Shown here: piece after piece, positions 15,901-30,900 of the stretch
How positions within the stretch are numbered: the first letter of the stretch is position 1
How the letters are laid out: each line of letters opens with the position of its first letter
Origin: Rickettsiales bacterium UBA4270
GTDB taxonomy: Bacteria; Pseudomonadota; Alphaproteobacteria; Rickettsiales; Deianiraeaceae
Assembly (NCBI GenBank): GCA_002395105.1
Contig: DGWA01000011.1
Coordinates: forward strand, 9,840-73,839
DNA: 64,000 nt
Direction of reading: 5' to 3'
The notes under the pieces: generated by a model
Seen by the model: the letters and a program-made list of their open reading frames with translations, nothing else
The model's database searches: none
Told to the model about the DNA's origin: nothing
Position numbers and translations under genes: made by a program

Positions 15901-18900
15901 CAAAAGCTGTTCCTTGAAATATAAAATTACCGTCAACGCGCTTAAACCCAGAGACTGTATATTTTTTCAAATATGTTGCTTTATCAAAAACAACTATCTC
16001 AGATGGTAAATCTTTTTTTTTTCCAGGAAAAGCATATTTTGCATAATAAATTTCATTGGTTTTGTTAGGTTTTATTTTATCAACTTTAACATATTGATGA
16101 CCTTTTATCAATTTACCTTTTTTATATGTACCAGTCTCTAAAATTATTTTGTTATTATTGTACTTGTTTTTAATAAACTTTTCGCCAAGACCGTCTGGTT
16201 TTTCTTTTATCAAATAACCAGTATAATAAACATTTGATTCATTTGATTTTTCGTTCAAAGATTTTTCTACAGTATAGCCAACTATCTGTTTTCCATCTTT
16301 ATACTCAACTTCCTTTTCACCATCTTCAGCTATTATTACTGCTTTACCATCGATATCACCATTAATATTTGTCTTACCTTTGATGTAATCTTTTAGTGAA
16401 GAAAAAACTCTTTTGTTACTACAAATACCATTTTTATTATATTCATAACGTACTATTTTTGGATTTTCTATGCGTTTATTATTACTATCACCATCAAGAA
16501 TAGTGTCAATATCGTTAAAATTCATAAAAAGATTTTGACGTTCTTCTTCATAAATACTTTCTGAATATTCTTCAAGAATAGATGATAAAGTTTCTTCTTT
16601 TATCGTACCATCTTTATTGAAAGCAACTTTACCTAAAACGAATTTCTCATCTTCAATTCCTTTTTTAACTTTTTCTTTTATTAATTGTTCTTTTATTTTT
16701 TTTTCTTTTAAATTGTTAATTAAGTAATTTTTAAATTCTAAATCTTCAAGTTTGAACACATATTTATCACATCTACCATTTATTGAATGTTTATAATAAG
16801 TAAAATAACTTGTTCCAAAATCAGTATCAATATCATCATTGTCCAAATCAATCGAAAAATTATCATTTTTCATTGATTCTTGATCGACATACGATTTGTT
16901 TTGGTATAATGTTAATTTTCCAATAAGTTCATTATCGTTGTCAAAAAAGAAAAAATTTCTTTGAATTAAACATATGTATTCATCATCATCGTCAGATAGT
17001 GTTTTTTGAAAAAAATATTTATCAACTCTATCTAATTTTTTGCCATTATAAGAATTTATAGTACGAGATAATGGGATACTTCTGCCTTGTAAATAAAATG
17101 TTTCTTTTGCTAGTAATTTGTCTTCATTAAATGAATATTGTTTTTTACCTTTAGTTTTGATAATAACTTTTTTACTAAATAACGTGTGTCTAAAAGAATT
17201 AAATTCTATTTCACATTCTCTTTTTTTGTCATCATAATTTAACATTTTTTCTTTACTTAGAATACTTCTTTTTTGAGTATTAAAGTCGCCAACTTCTTGA
17301 TACTTATACGACATATATTCAATAGAATCGTCATTATCTGTTATTTTTGTAATTTCGTTGCCGAATTCACTTTGCAATCCTTTTTTTTTATCAACACGAA
17401 ATGTTCCTTTTTGAACAACTTCAATGCCGTCCATTATTTCTCCTGTATACTCTTCTACACCGTTATCTTTTTTGTATGTACCATCAAAAATTTTTCCATC
17501 ATTAAAAAATATCGCAGTACGATCTTCTTTTTCTGTTTCAGACAATTCATGTTCATAAACTTCCTTGTTATAACATTTTAGGATATGTTTTTCATGCTCA
17601 ATTTGTTCTTGATTTTTCTTCTCATTAATTTTTCTATCTTTTTCAAGTTTCATTATGTTTTTTGTAAATGCAGACATAGCATTTTTATATTCTTTGTATG
17701 TTGAGCAACCTTGACCTTGAAAATAATATTTTTCTTTATTTGTTTTGGCTAATAATGTTAAGGTTTGATTTAATTTTTTTGTTTCTGTGTCTATTTCTTT
17801 TTCTTTCGATTCTTGTTCTTGTTTTTTTTGAAGAATTTCATTATTTACTTTTTTTATGGCTTCTACATGTTTTTCTATTATTGTTTTATTAAAACTACCC
17901 TTAAAATAAGAAAGTTTATTACAAAGTTCAAAAATACTATCGTCGTTTTTTACTCCTTTTTCAAGATACAATTCATTAACAAAATAAAAATTATTAATTT
18001 TTTCTTTTAATTTTTTTCCATCTTCGTAATCTTTTTTGCCTTCTTTCGTAGCTTTATCAAATAATTCAACAACAATCAAATACTCTTGTTTAAAATCTTG
18101 TTTTAAATTATTAATTTTTCTATTTAAACTTTCAATTGATGATTCAAGTAATCCTTTTTTTCTTTCAAGGGCTTTTATGTTTTTGTAATTTTCGCTATCT
18201 TCTTTGATTTTCTTCGTATCTTGATATTCATACTCTACTCCTGTATATTTTAAGCCTTCACGAAGTTCTCCGTCAAAACAAACTGCACCAAGGTCATTTA
18301 TTAATTGTCCTTTTCCTGTATAAGGTTCACCATCTACAAATTCACCTTCAAAACAAACTTTGCTTTTACCATCTTTGTATTCCGTTTCAGGATAAAACAT
18401 CTTTCCTTTACTGTAATTTCCTTCATCATCGCATGAGCCTTTAAATATAACTTCACCAATAATCGGTCTAATATATTTTCTTATTACGAATGCATCTTTT
18501 CCTTCAGCGTCCTTCCCTACTGGGACTTTTGCATCTTTTAAATCAATTGTTAATTCTTCTTCAGAAGGTTTACTATAAAATGTCATGTCTTGACAAGGCT
18601 TTCCATTCTTGAATTTTCCTTCACGTTTACAATATAGATAGTTCGTTTTGCCATTTCGAATTTCATAATATTCAGTTCCAAAACCATTTTTAACATACCG
18701 TCTTAAATCATCAATTGAATATTGTTCATCTTCAATAAAACTACCAACATAAGTTGGATATCCATATTTATTATATATATATATTCTTTTGGGTATATCT
18801 TGTGAAACAACAAATTCTAATCTATAGGTCTCGTCATCACCTGTTTTTCTGTATCCCGTAGGATAAATATTTTTATTTATATAATCATTAAACTCATAAT

Positions 18901-21900
18901 CTGGAACATCTTGTGGCTCGTAATACTTTGTGCAATACGCTATTCGTATTTGTTTTGACAACTCATCAATATCAAGTTCCTTATCATCAAGTAAAATTCT
19001 ACCGATCTTATCCTCTGAAAGTCTTGTAGCAAGTTCGTGTGCTTTACCTGCACTCTGATCATACCCAACTTCAAAAGTAATATTGTTATTATTCTTACAT
19101 ATTTTTTGACTAAGTAAAGCGTAGCTTCTGTATGATTTAAAATCTTTTACTTTTTTTCGTTCGTCTTTGATTAATACTTTTGCTGCCTCTAGCTTTTTTG
19201 TATTTAATTTATTATAACCAAACAAATAATCAGTAGTTTTACCGTCCTTTCCAACCGTTCCTTCTACTCTGATATTCTTAATAGACGAAAAAACGCCTGT
19301 TTTTTCAGTTGTTTGAATTAATTTATATTTTGGATTGTAAAACAATATTTCTGAAATTTCCCCTGTTGGCAAATGCCCCTCGAAATAACTGACTCTCAAT
19401 TTTTCATCCAAAAAATATTTGTAAACATTAAGATTATAATTACTTTGTCCTTTTTCGCATATTTCTTTTAGTTCTTGATAATTAAGAAGTTTAGAAAATA
19501 ATACACAATTTTGATTAAAATCATAATAATAATGATTTCCACTACTCTTGACGTCTAGAACAAACCAGTCATATATGTTATAATCTTCGTTTACCGATAA
19601 CAGTTTACTATACTCTTCATTTATTTTTTTATTGGTAAGCTCTATCAGAACTGGAATAAAAGAAACTTCTTCGCCACCGTTGTCTACTGGTACTCCTTGT
19701 TTAAAATCTATATAAACCAATGTATGTTGCAATTTTTTTTCGTTGTCATTATGATCTTTACGTAGACTATATACTTCGAACGAGCCTTGTTCTATTCCAT
19801 TTTTATATGAACCCTCCATTCTTTTTAGTCCATTAGGAAAATAATCGGTACACTTACCTTCTCGTTTCATATCTTTGTTTAAATAACATTCGGATTTTTT
19901 AACAAGTTCTAGTTTACTTTGGTCAAATCCTACAGATATTGTGCAATCAACTGATAGTTTATAATCTGATTTATTAATATAAAATCTATCAATTTCCCCA
20001 TCGCTATAATAATATATAACTTGTTTTTTATTATCGATAACACCATTATTAAAATATGCTTTATATAACACGTCATTATCATTTATTACATACCCATATC
20101 CATGTTTTTTTCCAGATTTAAAGCCACCTTTATAAACAAGTTTTCCTTGTTCGTATAATTCACCTTCCCCGTCATATTCGCCGTCTTTAAAATCACCAAG
20201 ATATACAATATAATTTGAATATTTTGAAATTACAACACCATAACCATTCTTTGTTGCTTTTGTTTCGTTTGTTTTAACTTCATCTTTTATATCTTCCTGT
20301 TGTTTAAATTCTACTTGACCAAAATATATATCTCTTTCATTAATCACTTGTATTTTAACTTTTTTTAGTTTTTTCGCTAAGTCAGAGAATTTTTGTTTCA
20401 CCAAGGCGACATATGAATCGTGATCAATATTTGCATTACTTAATTCATTACTAATAGAGCCATTTTTTACAGTTTTTGGTTCTTTATAAACATTAAGCTT
20501 ACATTTAGTAAAATTTTCAACTGGTTCTCCATTATATTTATCAATGTAAGTGTCACCTTCTTGAAATATACCTTTTATAAAGCTACCTTCAAATAATAAT
20601 TTTATTCCACCAATATACGTTCCATTGTCTATCATTGAGTAAAATTTACCATGTCCATTTTTTAATGAATTCATAAATCCACCAACATACTTAATTTCTT
20701 GTTTGTCATCATAATCATGATATTCAGTAAGTGAATCTCCAGTAATTTGAAAATTTCTAATATCTGTTGTTATTATTTCTTTAAACCTCCGTATGCCACT
20801 TGCGTAATATACATTACCTACAAATATACAGCTTGTAACATTACCACTGATATAGCATTTAATTCCATCTATCATTAAAAATCTCTTGTTTATTACACCT
20901 TTTTCAAGTACACCACCAACATATGAGCCTTTTTCAAGAACATCTTTTCCCTGTTTTGCTCGTGAAAGATCATCACAGTTAATAGAATATTCTGTGTTAT
21001 AAACGGTACCTTGCCCAGATTTGTGTAAATTTTTTACTTGACCTACATAATATGAAATAGAGTTAGTAGCGTCTCTTTCAATTAATACTTCTTGTTTTTT
21101 ATCTTCATTACTCTTATATACAGTATTCGCATCTATTTTCTTTGTTTCAGAAATTTTTGTTTCCATTCCTGCATTATATTTTGCTTTGTAATTATAATAT
21201 CCATCTTTGATTTCAATAGTTCCAGAATATGGAAGACATTGTTTAAATGTTCCTTTAAAACTAAAAAATTTATCCTTGCCGAACGGCTCATATAAATCTA
21301 CTTCACCATTCTTTATTTTAAAATCTTTTATACGTGCGCGAAACTTTTCATATAGTTCCTGTTGTTCTAAAGAAGTTTTTTCTTTATATTCTTTTTCTCC
21401 TTCCTTAAAACCTGCAAATTGTTGTTCTTGTTCAACAAAGTTCTCATAACGAACAACATTTTTTCCTCTAAACAACACATGATAGTTTTTATCACCTTTA
21501 GTATAATTATAACTCAAACAAGAAGAAGGATCTTGTTTTAAGCAATCTATGTTGAGATCATAAGGATCTATTGATTCAATAACATTATACTCTTGAATAC
21601 CTGTGAAAAATTGTTTCGTTTTAAACGAACTATGTTTATCGAAAACCATTTTTTCGTCTTGCTCGCCATTCTTTTTTATTAATAATTCATCAATATTACA
21701 TCGTTTATTTAATTTTACAAATTTTTCCTCTATCTTATATTCTTCTCCTCCTGCTTGTTTATATTTAGTTGTTGTTTTTGTGCTAGGTAAACAACTTTTT
21801 GTACTATCATAACCATATTTCACATCATAGCTTTTAGCACCGTTAACTTTAACTACTTTTTCAACTGGAATAATATCCTTACCATCATTCCGACGACCTA

Positions 21901-24900
21901 TTGTAACTTGAACTCCTACTCGTTGTTTAAAACAATTTTTATATTCAAAAGATTTTGTATTTTGTATGTCATCAAACGTAAAAGATGGTACTTCTACTTC
22001 TTCAAAAAATGAAATATCACCAATATCAACTGTTACAGTAGTTTGTCCAACAGTAATTTCGTATTTTCCATCGCTTTTTTTGTTTTCTTCAGGAAAAGAC
22101 AATTTATTATCTTTTACAAAATGTTGACTATCATACCTTATAATGTTAAAAAAATTTTTTATGTCGATAAAATTATTATTTGTATCAGAAAATTCAACAA
22201 AGTAATGTTTTTTAAAAGGGACACCACGATTATTTTTAAAAATTGACAATGGGTCGATCGTAAAATCAAATTCAAAAGCTTCGACCATTTTTCCCATACT
22301 ATTTACACATATTAAAAAGTTGCTTTCCTTATAATATTCAATTTTTGAACTATCTTGATACTTGAACGTAGCATCTTTTTTTCCTGTAGTAATGCTTTCA
22401 ATTGGTTTTTCACTCGTTAACCTTAACACTTTTCCAAAAACACCATCTATTGTTTGTTCTTCGTAAACGATGATACCTTCTCCGCTATCAACGCGCAGCT
22501 GTTCTTCTCCTTCAATATTGTAAAAAATATTAGTACCATAAAGTTTACTTTCTTTTACAGCATATGTATTCTTCCCTGTTTCAGCTTGGCCAGTTTTGTG
22601 CATCACAATATAATCAGTACGATCATCGTCTTCTCTATCGTCTTTTCTAAAACTGGTTTTTACACTATTTATGTTTCCATCCTTATATTTATATTCTTTT
22701 TTTTTTGAAAAGCAGCCATCGTCTAAAAGCCAGTCATCATCATTTGAAAGATTATATATATCGTTATCAAGATCCACTCTCTGCTCTTTTAATTCATTAA
22801 TTTTTTTTGGTGAACAATATTTTTCAATAATCTTACCATTTCTACTATACTTATATAAAAATGTTTCAAAATTACTGTTTTGATGTGTTTTACTCTCATC
22901 AAAGGCATTTTTAAGTAATTGTTTAAATCGATCATTTTCATCTTCGTCCTCTTTGCTTGAATCTTTTGCTTTATTTATAAGTTCGGCAAATTTAACTTTT
23001 TGTAGTTGACTTAATGTAAAATCATTCTTCTTTTCTAACCGATAAAAAACCTTTGATTGAATTTCGTCATTTTCATCATAAGTAGTTTCAGTCATTGTAA
23101 AGTTACTATAATCATATTTAATTTCTTTATTACCTTCCCTCTTGAACGTATCCACCCACTCATTATATAAAAATTGCTGTTGTTCTTTGTTTCCATTCTC
23201 ATCATTCCTATATCTATACTGAATGTCATTTTGATAAATATAGTTATAACCATCAGAATCTTTTTTAGCTAGTTTACTTGAATCCATTTCACCGACATTA
23301 GTGTTTTTACCGTTTGTGTAAAGAAAACTGTCAACTATAAAATATATTTCCGTTTCTCTTGATTTAGTATGTTTTACAATTCCTGCATTCTTATCAACTT
23401 CGTATTGTTCTGTTATTCCACTTTCGTCACCTTCACTAACAGTCATTTTTGAAAGATATAAACTGTTGTCATATTCATATTTGTATACTTGTTTTTTATC
23501 GCAGGTAATTTTTCTTTTTTTACCCACAAATTTTATATTATTAGAATAAACTGTTCTTTTTGTTATATTATCATTGTTATCTATATATTCAAACTCTTCA
23601 ACTCGTTTTAATTTATCAAAACAATCATATTTACATATTCTTGTTATTCTTTGTCTTTCGTCATAAAGATAGACTGTTTTTTTAGGAATATTTAAATCAT
23701 CATATTCTATATTTTGAACAATTGTATATATTTTGTTGTTCAGTTTTTTTGTTTTTCTTAGTTCTCTACTTTTTATATTAATACCATCTTCTTTGTATTC
23801 AATGTTCTCAACATATGAACCATATTGGTTATTGTTACTTGTTATTGTTATCGATTTTAATTTATCATTGTCATAAATATATTGTTTTTTATACACAATG
23901 TCTTTGCCTGTTTTTTTTTCGACAGACATTTTCTTCCCATTTGCAAAATGACATGATAATATACTTTTTCCGCATTTGATTTCTATTTCTCCTGTTTTTT
24001 TATAATTATATTTTGATGTTATACCGCTAATTTTGTCTTCTGCTTGTGATATCTCATCGCTATCTTCTTTGTATGAAAAAGTTTTATCCTCATCAAGCAT
24101 CATTTGTTCTGGTGGCAACGTTGAGATATTATGATATAAACAAACTTTTTTCAATTTCCTAAATATACGATTTTTATCATCAAGTTGCATAACATATTGA
24201 TAACTGTCATTTGCAGAGAACACTTCATCGCTAGTTATAATATTATCTTTATATTTCGTTTTCCTATATAATTTAAATCCGCTATTTTTGTTAATCTTAT
24301 AGTCATTAGCTTCTGAATTAACATCATCAGTATATTTTATATATATTTCTTCTTCAGTTGCATCTTTCTGTTTATATATAACAACACCTCCGTTTAAATC
24401 GATAATTTTATTATAATATATATTATTTATTTTGTCATAACATGTCAACTCAATTTTGTTTTGTCCGTAAATTACTTTGGTCTTTATTTTATCATCCTCT
24501 TCTGTTTTTATTTCTATTTTACTTGTTTCCTTCTTACCGTTAAAAAATGTTGTCGTTGTTATTGTTGCACTATCTTTTTTATCAACAGTCTCTGTTTTAA
24601 GCAATGATTTATCTGTTGAATAAAAATATTTGATGTTGTTTTCTTCTTTAATATGTGGTACATTTGGATCATCATAATAATATACTGTAAATCTTACATT
24701 ACCTGAACCGTCATAGTAGATTTCTTTTTCTACAATATCATTTTTTTTGATTATTTTTAAGTATATTTTATTATCCTCAAACTTTTGTATTTCGTGATAA
24801 TCACTATCGATTATCTCTTTTTTAAATAATCCTGTTGAATTACTATAATATTCAATAATATGTCCAACACCTGTTTGATTGTATGCTTTAATACTTATTG

Positions 24901-27900
24901 ATCCGTCTTCGTCTTCTATTGGTATTTTAGATTCATTGCTTATCGATCCTGAAATTTCAATTGAATCACCTGTATTGCGTTCACATTTTGTACTAATTCC
25001 ATTGCCATCAAATAAATCTTTGGTTTTTATATCTCGTCCATCGTCATTGTCTTGAATTTCTCTTTCTTTTGTTAATAAACCATAATTATTAGATTCTAAC
25101 TCTTTAAATGGTTTATACTTATTTTTTAATAAAAATATTCTTGCTCCATCTTTTTCATATTGTATTTTTTTTATTTCATTCCCAATTTTATCAAAAATTA
25201 TATCATATAATGGTTTTTCATCATTGTTCATACTGTATGTTCTTTTATATTTTTTTACGTACTCTTCACCATTTGAACTTTCAGATACAGTTTGATATTT
25301 TTCGTTTTTTTCAGTATCATATTCTGTATTTGTTTTACAATATATATTTTTAATGTTATCGTGTTGAACAGTTGATACTTCACGATTTTGAGTATCATAA
25401 GTAAAATCTTTTTCCGACAAAATTACATGGTTTTGATTGTCATTTTTGTAATCTTTTATGTCTCCCTGATAGTAAATTTCTTTAATAATTTTATCACCAT
25501 CGCGCTCTTGTTTTTTATATTTTAATTGCGTGTCACTTTCGTATATTACACATGGTTGTTTTTGTTTGTCTTTATATTCTTTTATTGTTGTTATATTTTT
25601 GTTACCATATGTAACCAGTTTTATTTCTCGTCCTTCATCATCATATTCTATTTGCTTAGTCATAGTGCCATTTTGATATTCGTTTTGTTTAATACAATGT
25701 ATTCCGTCTTTATGTTCATAATCTAATTCTTTTTTTATGTCATCAAACGACATTTTGTCCCTTATTGAATTATATATGTTCGAGAGTTGACCTTTTGGTA
25801 TATCGTTGTTTTTTAGTTTGTAAATTATAAACTCTGAGTTCTTTTTCGCTTGATTCTGATCGAATATTTCGTACTCAGTACAAGTTGCGACAATTGCGTT
25901 TGTATTGTTATCATAACGAAAAAAATAAGATACTAATGATGAATCAGTCGGATATAAACTAACCTTTAACGTATAATCATTTTTTTGCATAACAACACTA
26001 CTACAATCTGCGAAAAATCGCTTTAGTTTGGCTATCCCGTCTTTAAACGAATAAAGTTCTTCGCATAATAATGAATGGTTATCTTTTGATAAATATTTCC
26101 TATATCCTTTTATTGTTTCATCTTTCTCTTTCTTATGCTTATACTCGTGTTTATTTAAAAGATAATTGTCATAAACTTTCTCATTTACTTCCGTTTCGAT
26201 ATTAAACTCGGTTTCGCTTACAAATGTTGTTGTAGTTGATGATACTTTTTTTTTGTAACTTTTATCTTTAAATTCATTAATTACAGTCTTTAACACAACA
26301 CCTTTCTTATCTTTTGTTGTTTCCTTTATTTTGAAATTTTCATCGTCCACAGTCTCTTCATATACATTGCCATTGTTATATTTTTTTTTACATATACGCT
26401 TACCGTAAATATTGCATCCACCAATAACTTCACCGGCTTTTTTTTCAGAATATATTAAACCACTATTACCGCGTGTTTTTTTAAAAATAGGAATATATGT
26501 ATTGTAAATATCGCTATATTTATAAATCGAACTTATAGTGCCTTGATCTATAACTTTTACTGTTTTTTCTTTATTATCCCATTCATAATCAATTGATATA
26601 TTATTTATTACGGCAATCTCTTTGATTGCTTGTTTCAATCGTTCTATTGAATCATTATCATCATTTTTTACTTTAATTTTTCTTTTACCCCCATTATACG
26701 TTTTTAACTTTCTTCCTTCTGTATCATATTTTGTTACACTTATAAGTATTTCTCCATCAAATTGAGCCTCAAACATATTATTATTAACAGTAACATATAT
26801 AAAATCATATGTTTTATCTTTGTTTTTTTCTCGATGTTGTACTAATTTTCTCTCAAGAATTATACCAGTCGACTTATCATATTCACAAGTTTCCTCGTCA
26901 TAACATCGTTTATCATAATAACTTGTAACTTTTGAAGAATATTTTGGCAAAAAGTATTTCTCAAAACCTGGAAAATTATTTTTCAATATTTGTTTTTCTG
27001 AAAAAATATTTAAATCATACTTCCGTTCTATATTTTTTATTTTTAATTTTTCTTTCGTAGTAGTTGATACATTAGAGAATATACTAACTGTATCATATTC
27101 GTTAGAGTCGTCACCATACTCTGAACTAATAACAAAATATGTTCCATTTTTGTTATATTGATGTTGTTGTTTATTTTTTTTGCTAACAATACTTTTTATT
27201 TGAGATTCTTCACCGTCAAAAACGTATTGTTTTTCAATCATAAGTTCACTGCCAAATAAGTATTTTTCAGTCTGAACTTCTACAAAATCTTTTTTAGAAC
27301 TATCTAAACTTGAAACAATTTTTACTTGAGAACCTTCAATAGATCTTTCAACTTTTTTATCTTCTACGTCACATTCGAGGCTATCAAGTTGTGATTGATC
27401 TTTAGCACTAATAACAAATTTTTCAATTATATCATAACCATCGCCATTTCTTACTACTCTATCTGCCGTTCTTTGAAAAATGTTATTATTTTTTATAATA
27501 TCATCATAAAATCGCAAACCTTCGATAAAATCGCCGTCTCTAAAACGTCCTTGTTCCAATACAACTAGTTCTTTGTTTTCTTCTGATGCTTTTTTTTTAT
27601 CTGCATCAGTATATTTATGAACTAACTTACCTTGACCATTAAATAATCCACGTACGAAATCACCTTCGTATGTTGTTTTTTTATCGTATTGAAGCTGGCC
27701 ATGCCCGCTATACTCACATTCTACATTTTCATTAAATTCGCCTTCATATATTAATTCTCCATTACTGTTATCGAACAATTTACCTTTCAACGGATTCAAA
27801 TTTTTCATTTTTCCTGTAAATTTAAACTTACACTTATCAAGCATAAAGTCTGTTACATTTACGATGCCTGTATCGTAATCTTTGTATTTCAATAAAGTAA

Positions 27901-30900
27901 ATTTGTTTTTTAAATTATCTACCTGATGCTCAATAACACCGTTTTTATAAGAAAAACTATGCTTTTCTTCACCAGCCGTTTCACGCTCTTCATTGTTTTC
28001 GTTTCCAACTATGTTACCTGTGTCAGGGACAAATGACGGTATTTTATCGTCCGATATTGTTTCAGAACTACTAAAACGACCTTCAAATATTTTATAATCA
28101 CCATTTATATCAATATAACATAATCCTTGTGCTTGTATACCATGATTACTTGACTTAACTTTATCAATTTGTATATGTGATTTTATATATTTTTTTGTAC
28201 CTAAAAAACTATCAATACCACTAATATATGGTTTTTTTCCAGAAAGATCTTTATCTGCTTTGTTCCAAAATTCTTGAATTGTACATAAACCATCGCTGTT
28301 ATGTCTGCATGCTTTAATTATTTCACCATTTTTATCCATTTCTAACAACGTTTCTTCTGATTCATTAGTTTTTTCTCCAGAAAAACTACAATTTTCTATA
28401 AACTTGTTAATTTTACCTTTTTTATCGTAACTAACATATTTGTACCATTTTTTATTGTCATCGTAACATACAATAGACGATATTTTATTCATACAAGCAT
28501 TATCTTTATAATACATTCCTTGTTCCAACAAACTTTTAACACTATTGACGCCAATTGCATCACTGTTAACGCCATTTTCTGAAAAATTAATCATGCAAGT
28601 ATTTTTTTTATTTGCATTATCTGTATCTTCTAGCATTAAACATTTTAATGTCATATTTCCACCTAAATCTCTTGTATATTTTTGCGTTATGGTTTGAGTT
28701 CCTTTTATAATCTTAACATTTATTCCTCCTCTAGCATTAGCAATTATAGTGTATTCTTGATCAGAAATCAGTTTATCTTGCTCCCATTCTCCAATAATAG
28801 TAAAATTTCTGTCTGTCACTGTTATATTTGGACCGCTTTTTGCTTGTATTTCGCACGATTTATTGTTATAAACATAAAACTCACCTTTACCATTTCTAGT
28901 AAATTCTACCTTGCCATTAGTCTTGACAGACTTGAATTCTCCATTATAAATGATTTTACCACCAAGATACTTTTTCCCTCTTTTAATATAAAAAGAATCA
29001 CCATCGAAGTCAAAATCACCATCATAAAGATAATAATTACTATTATCTTCAATGCTTACAAAACCTTTACACTTCCATTTATTGTCACTTTCACATGTTT
29101 TCTCAAAGCTTGTTAAAACTTTTTGCTTAGCGTCTATTTTAGTTAAACTCGCAGTTTTGCCCTCAACATTGCTTTTTTGTTCATCTCTCGTACTCACAAC
29201 AGAATACTCCTCGTGCTTTTCAATTATAGTTCCTGTTTGGTTTTTACTTTGTTTTGTACATTTTTTTATCAGATTTTTATTATTTGAATCATCGTATTCA
29301 ATTTCGGTAAAATCACCCTCAACCTTATTTCCATTTTGATCGCAATTTTTTATTTCATGCTTTATTCTTCCTTCTATTCCATATTCATCCATATTAAACT
29401 TGTTTACATCCTGAGGATCAGGATATATAATTCTTGCAACTCTATATTGTTTAAAATCAGCACTTGATAAATCAAGAGCACTTGCTATATATGAGTCATC
29501 TAAACTGAGATTAAAATTTTTTTTTATATTTTCTAGTGTTTCGCCATTTTTAGATTTATCAAATACAAGAATATGTGAAACTTTTCCTTCTTTAATAACA
29601 CTATATTTATAAACAATTGAATCTAAATTCAATTGTGGAACGCCATTATTTTTACGTGGTCTTGATGTAGATGATACAAGATTTCCTCCTCTATACTGTT
29701 TAATTGTTTTAGAACCTGCTCCTGAATCAATACAACTAGTTGAAAAATCGCCATTAACAATGTATTTATCATTTTCTTCTTTAAAAGAACCATCGATTTC
29801 TGTATCTTTATCAATTTTAATGTTTACAACTTTGTCTGTTCGTAAAAGATTGTAAAATGATGTAATTTTATTGCAAATTACAAAATTTTCTGATAAAACT
29901 TTTAATTTTCCTTGAGATATTTTAGTACCTGAAAACGTACCTTTATAGTGGAAATCCTTATTTAAATATTCTACGTTGTGTCCATTTTCAACAACGTATG
30001 CATATGCATTTTTACAATTACTATCTAATTTTACATTTTTAATCGTTTCGGAAGTCATTATATTGTCATGTGCTTGGCCGTTTTGTTGTTTTTCGTTATT
30101 TTGTGATTTAAATAATTTAAAAAAATCAAGACTTACCTTAACTCCTTTGACAAGATTAAAACTAAAATCAAACTCACCCTCTTCCACAAGTCCATCGTAA
30201 TATCTTATACCAGAATAAACATTTTCTCCTGTTTTCTTAAGATGACCTATACAAAAAAAACTACCACCATTTTTTTCAGAAAATTCTTTAAACACTTTAT
30301 GTCCTAAATCTACATTATTTTCATTGCTATACAATTGAACTATAACATTTCCATTTTCTTCTTTCGTAGCTTGCGTTGGATAATTACTTTTATCTTCAGA
30401 ATTATCTGTTGTATTATCATATTTATATTTTATATTTTTTATTAAATATTCAACATTACTGGAAGCATTTTTTTTAGTTATACTATCAATTAAACCAATG
30501 TTAAAAACCGTTGTAATTGTGGAATTATCACCTTGTTTTTCACATGCTTTGATAAGCATATCATTATCACTCTTAAACGTTGCATATTTTTTAATATCTT
30601 CCTCAATTTTAGACACAAAACGACGTTTTTTGTCTATTGATTTGAAATCTGCTGTAATTTCTTTAGTATTTCCTTCTTTGTGAATAATACGTTGAAGTTC
30701 ATATTTTTTACTATAAGTTGACTGTGAACATTTATTCCCTTCATGTATATCGATTTGAATTGTGTCTTCATTTTTGTGTTCAATGGTATATTTTTTTGTT
30801 GCATCAAGTTTATCATTTTTAAAAAATCCTTCAAGAATGTCATCTTTTTTTAATTTTACATTTAAACTATCGTCAATTTGTAAATTATCAGTTTTAGATG

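Noticed and set aside
26135-26149. HExxH zinc-protease-like string 'HEYKH' in the giant protein.
   Set aside because: A single 5-aa match in an 11,117-aa K-rich protein is expected by chance at appreciable frequency. No downstream third ligand (E, or the GxxNEG motif) and no protease-like context was seen.
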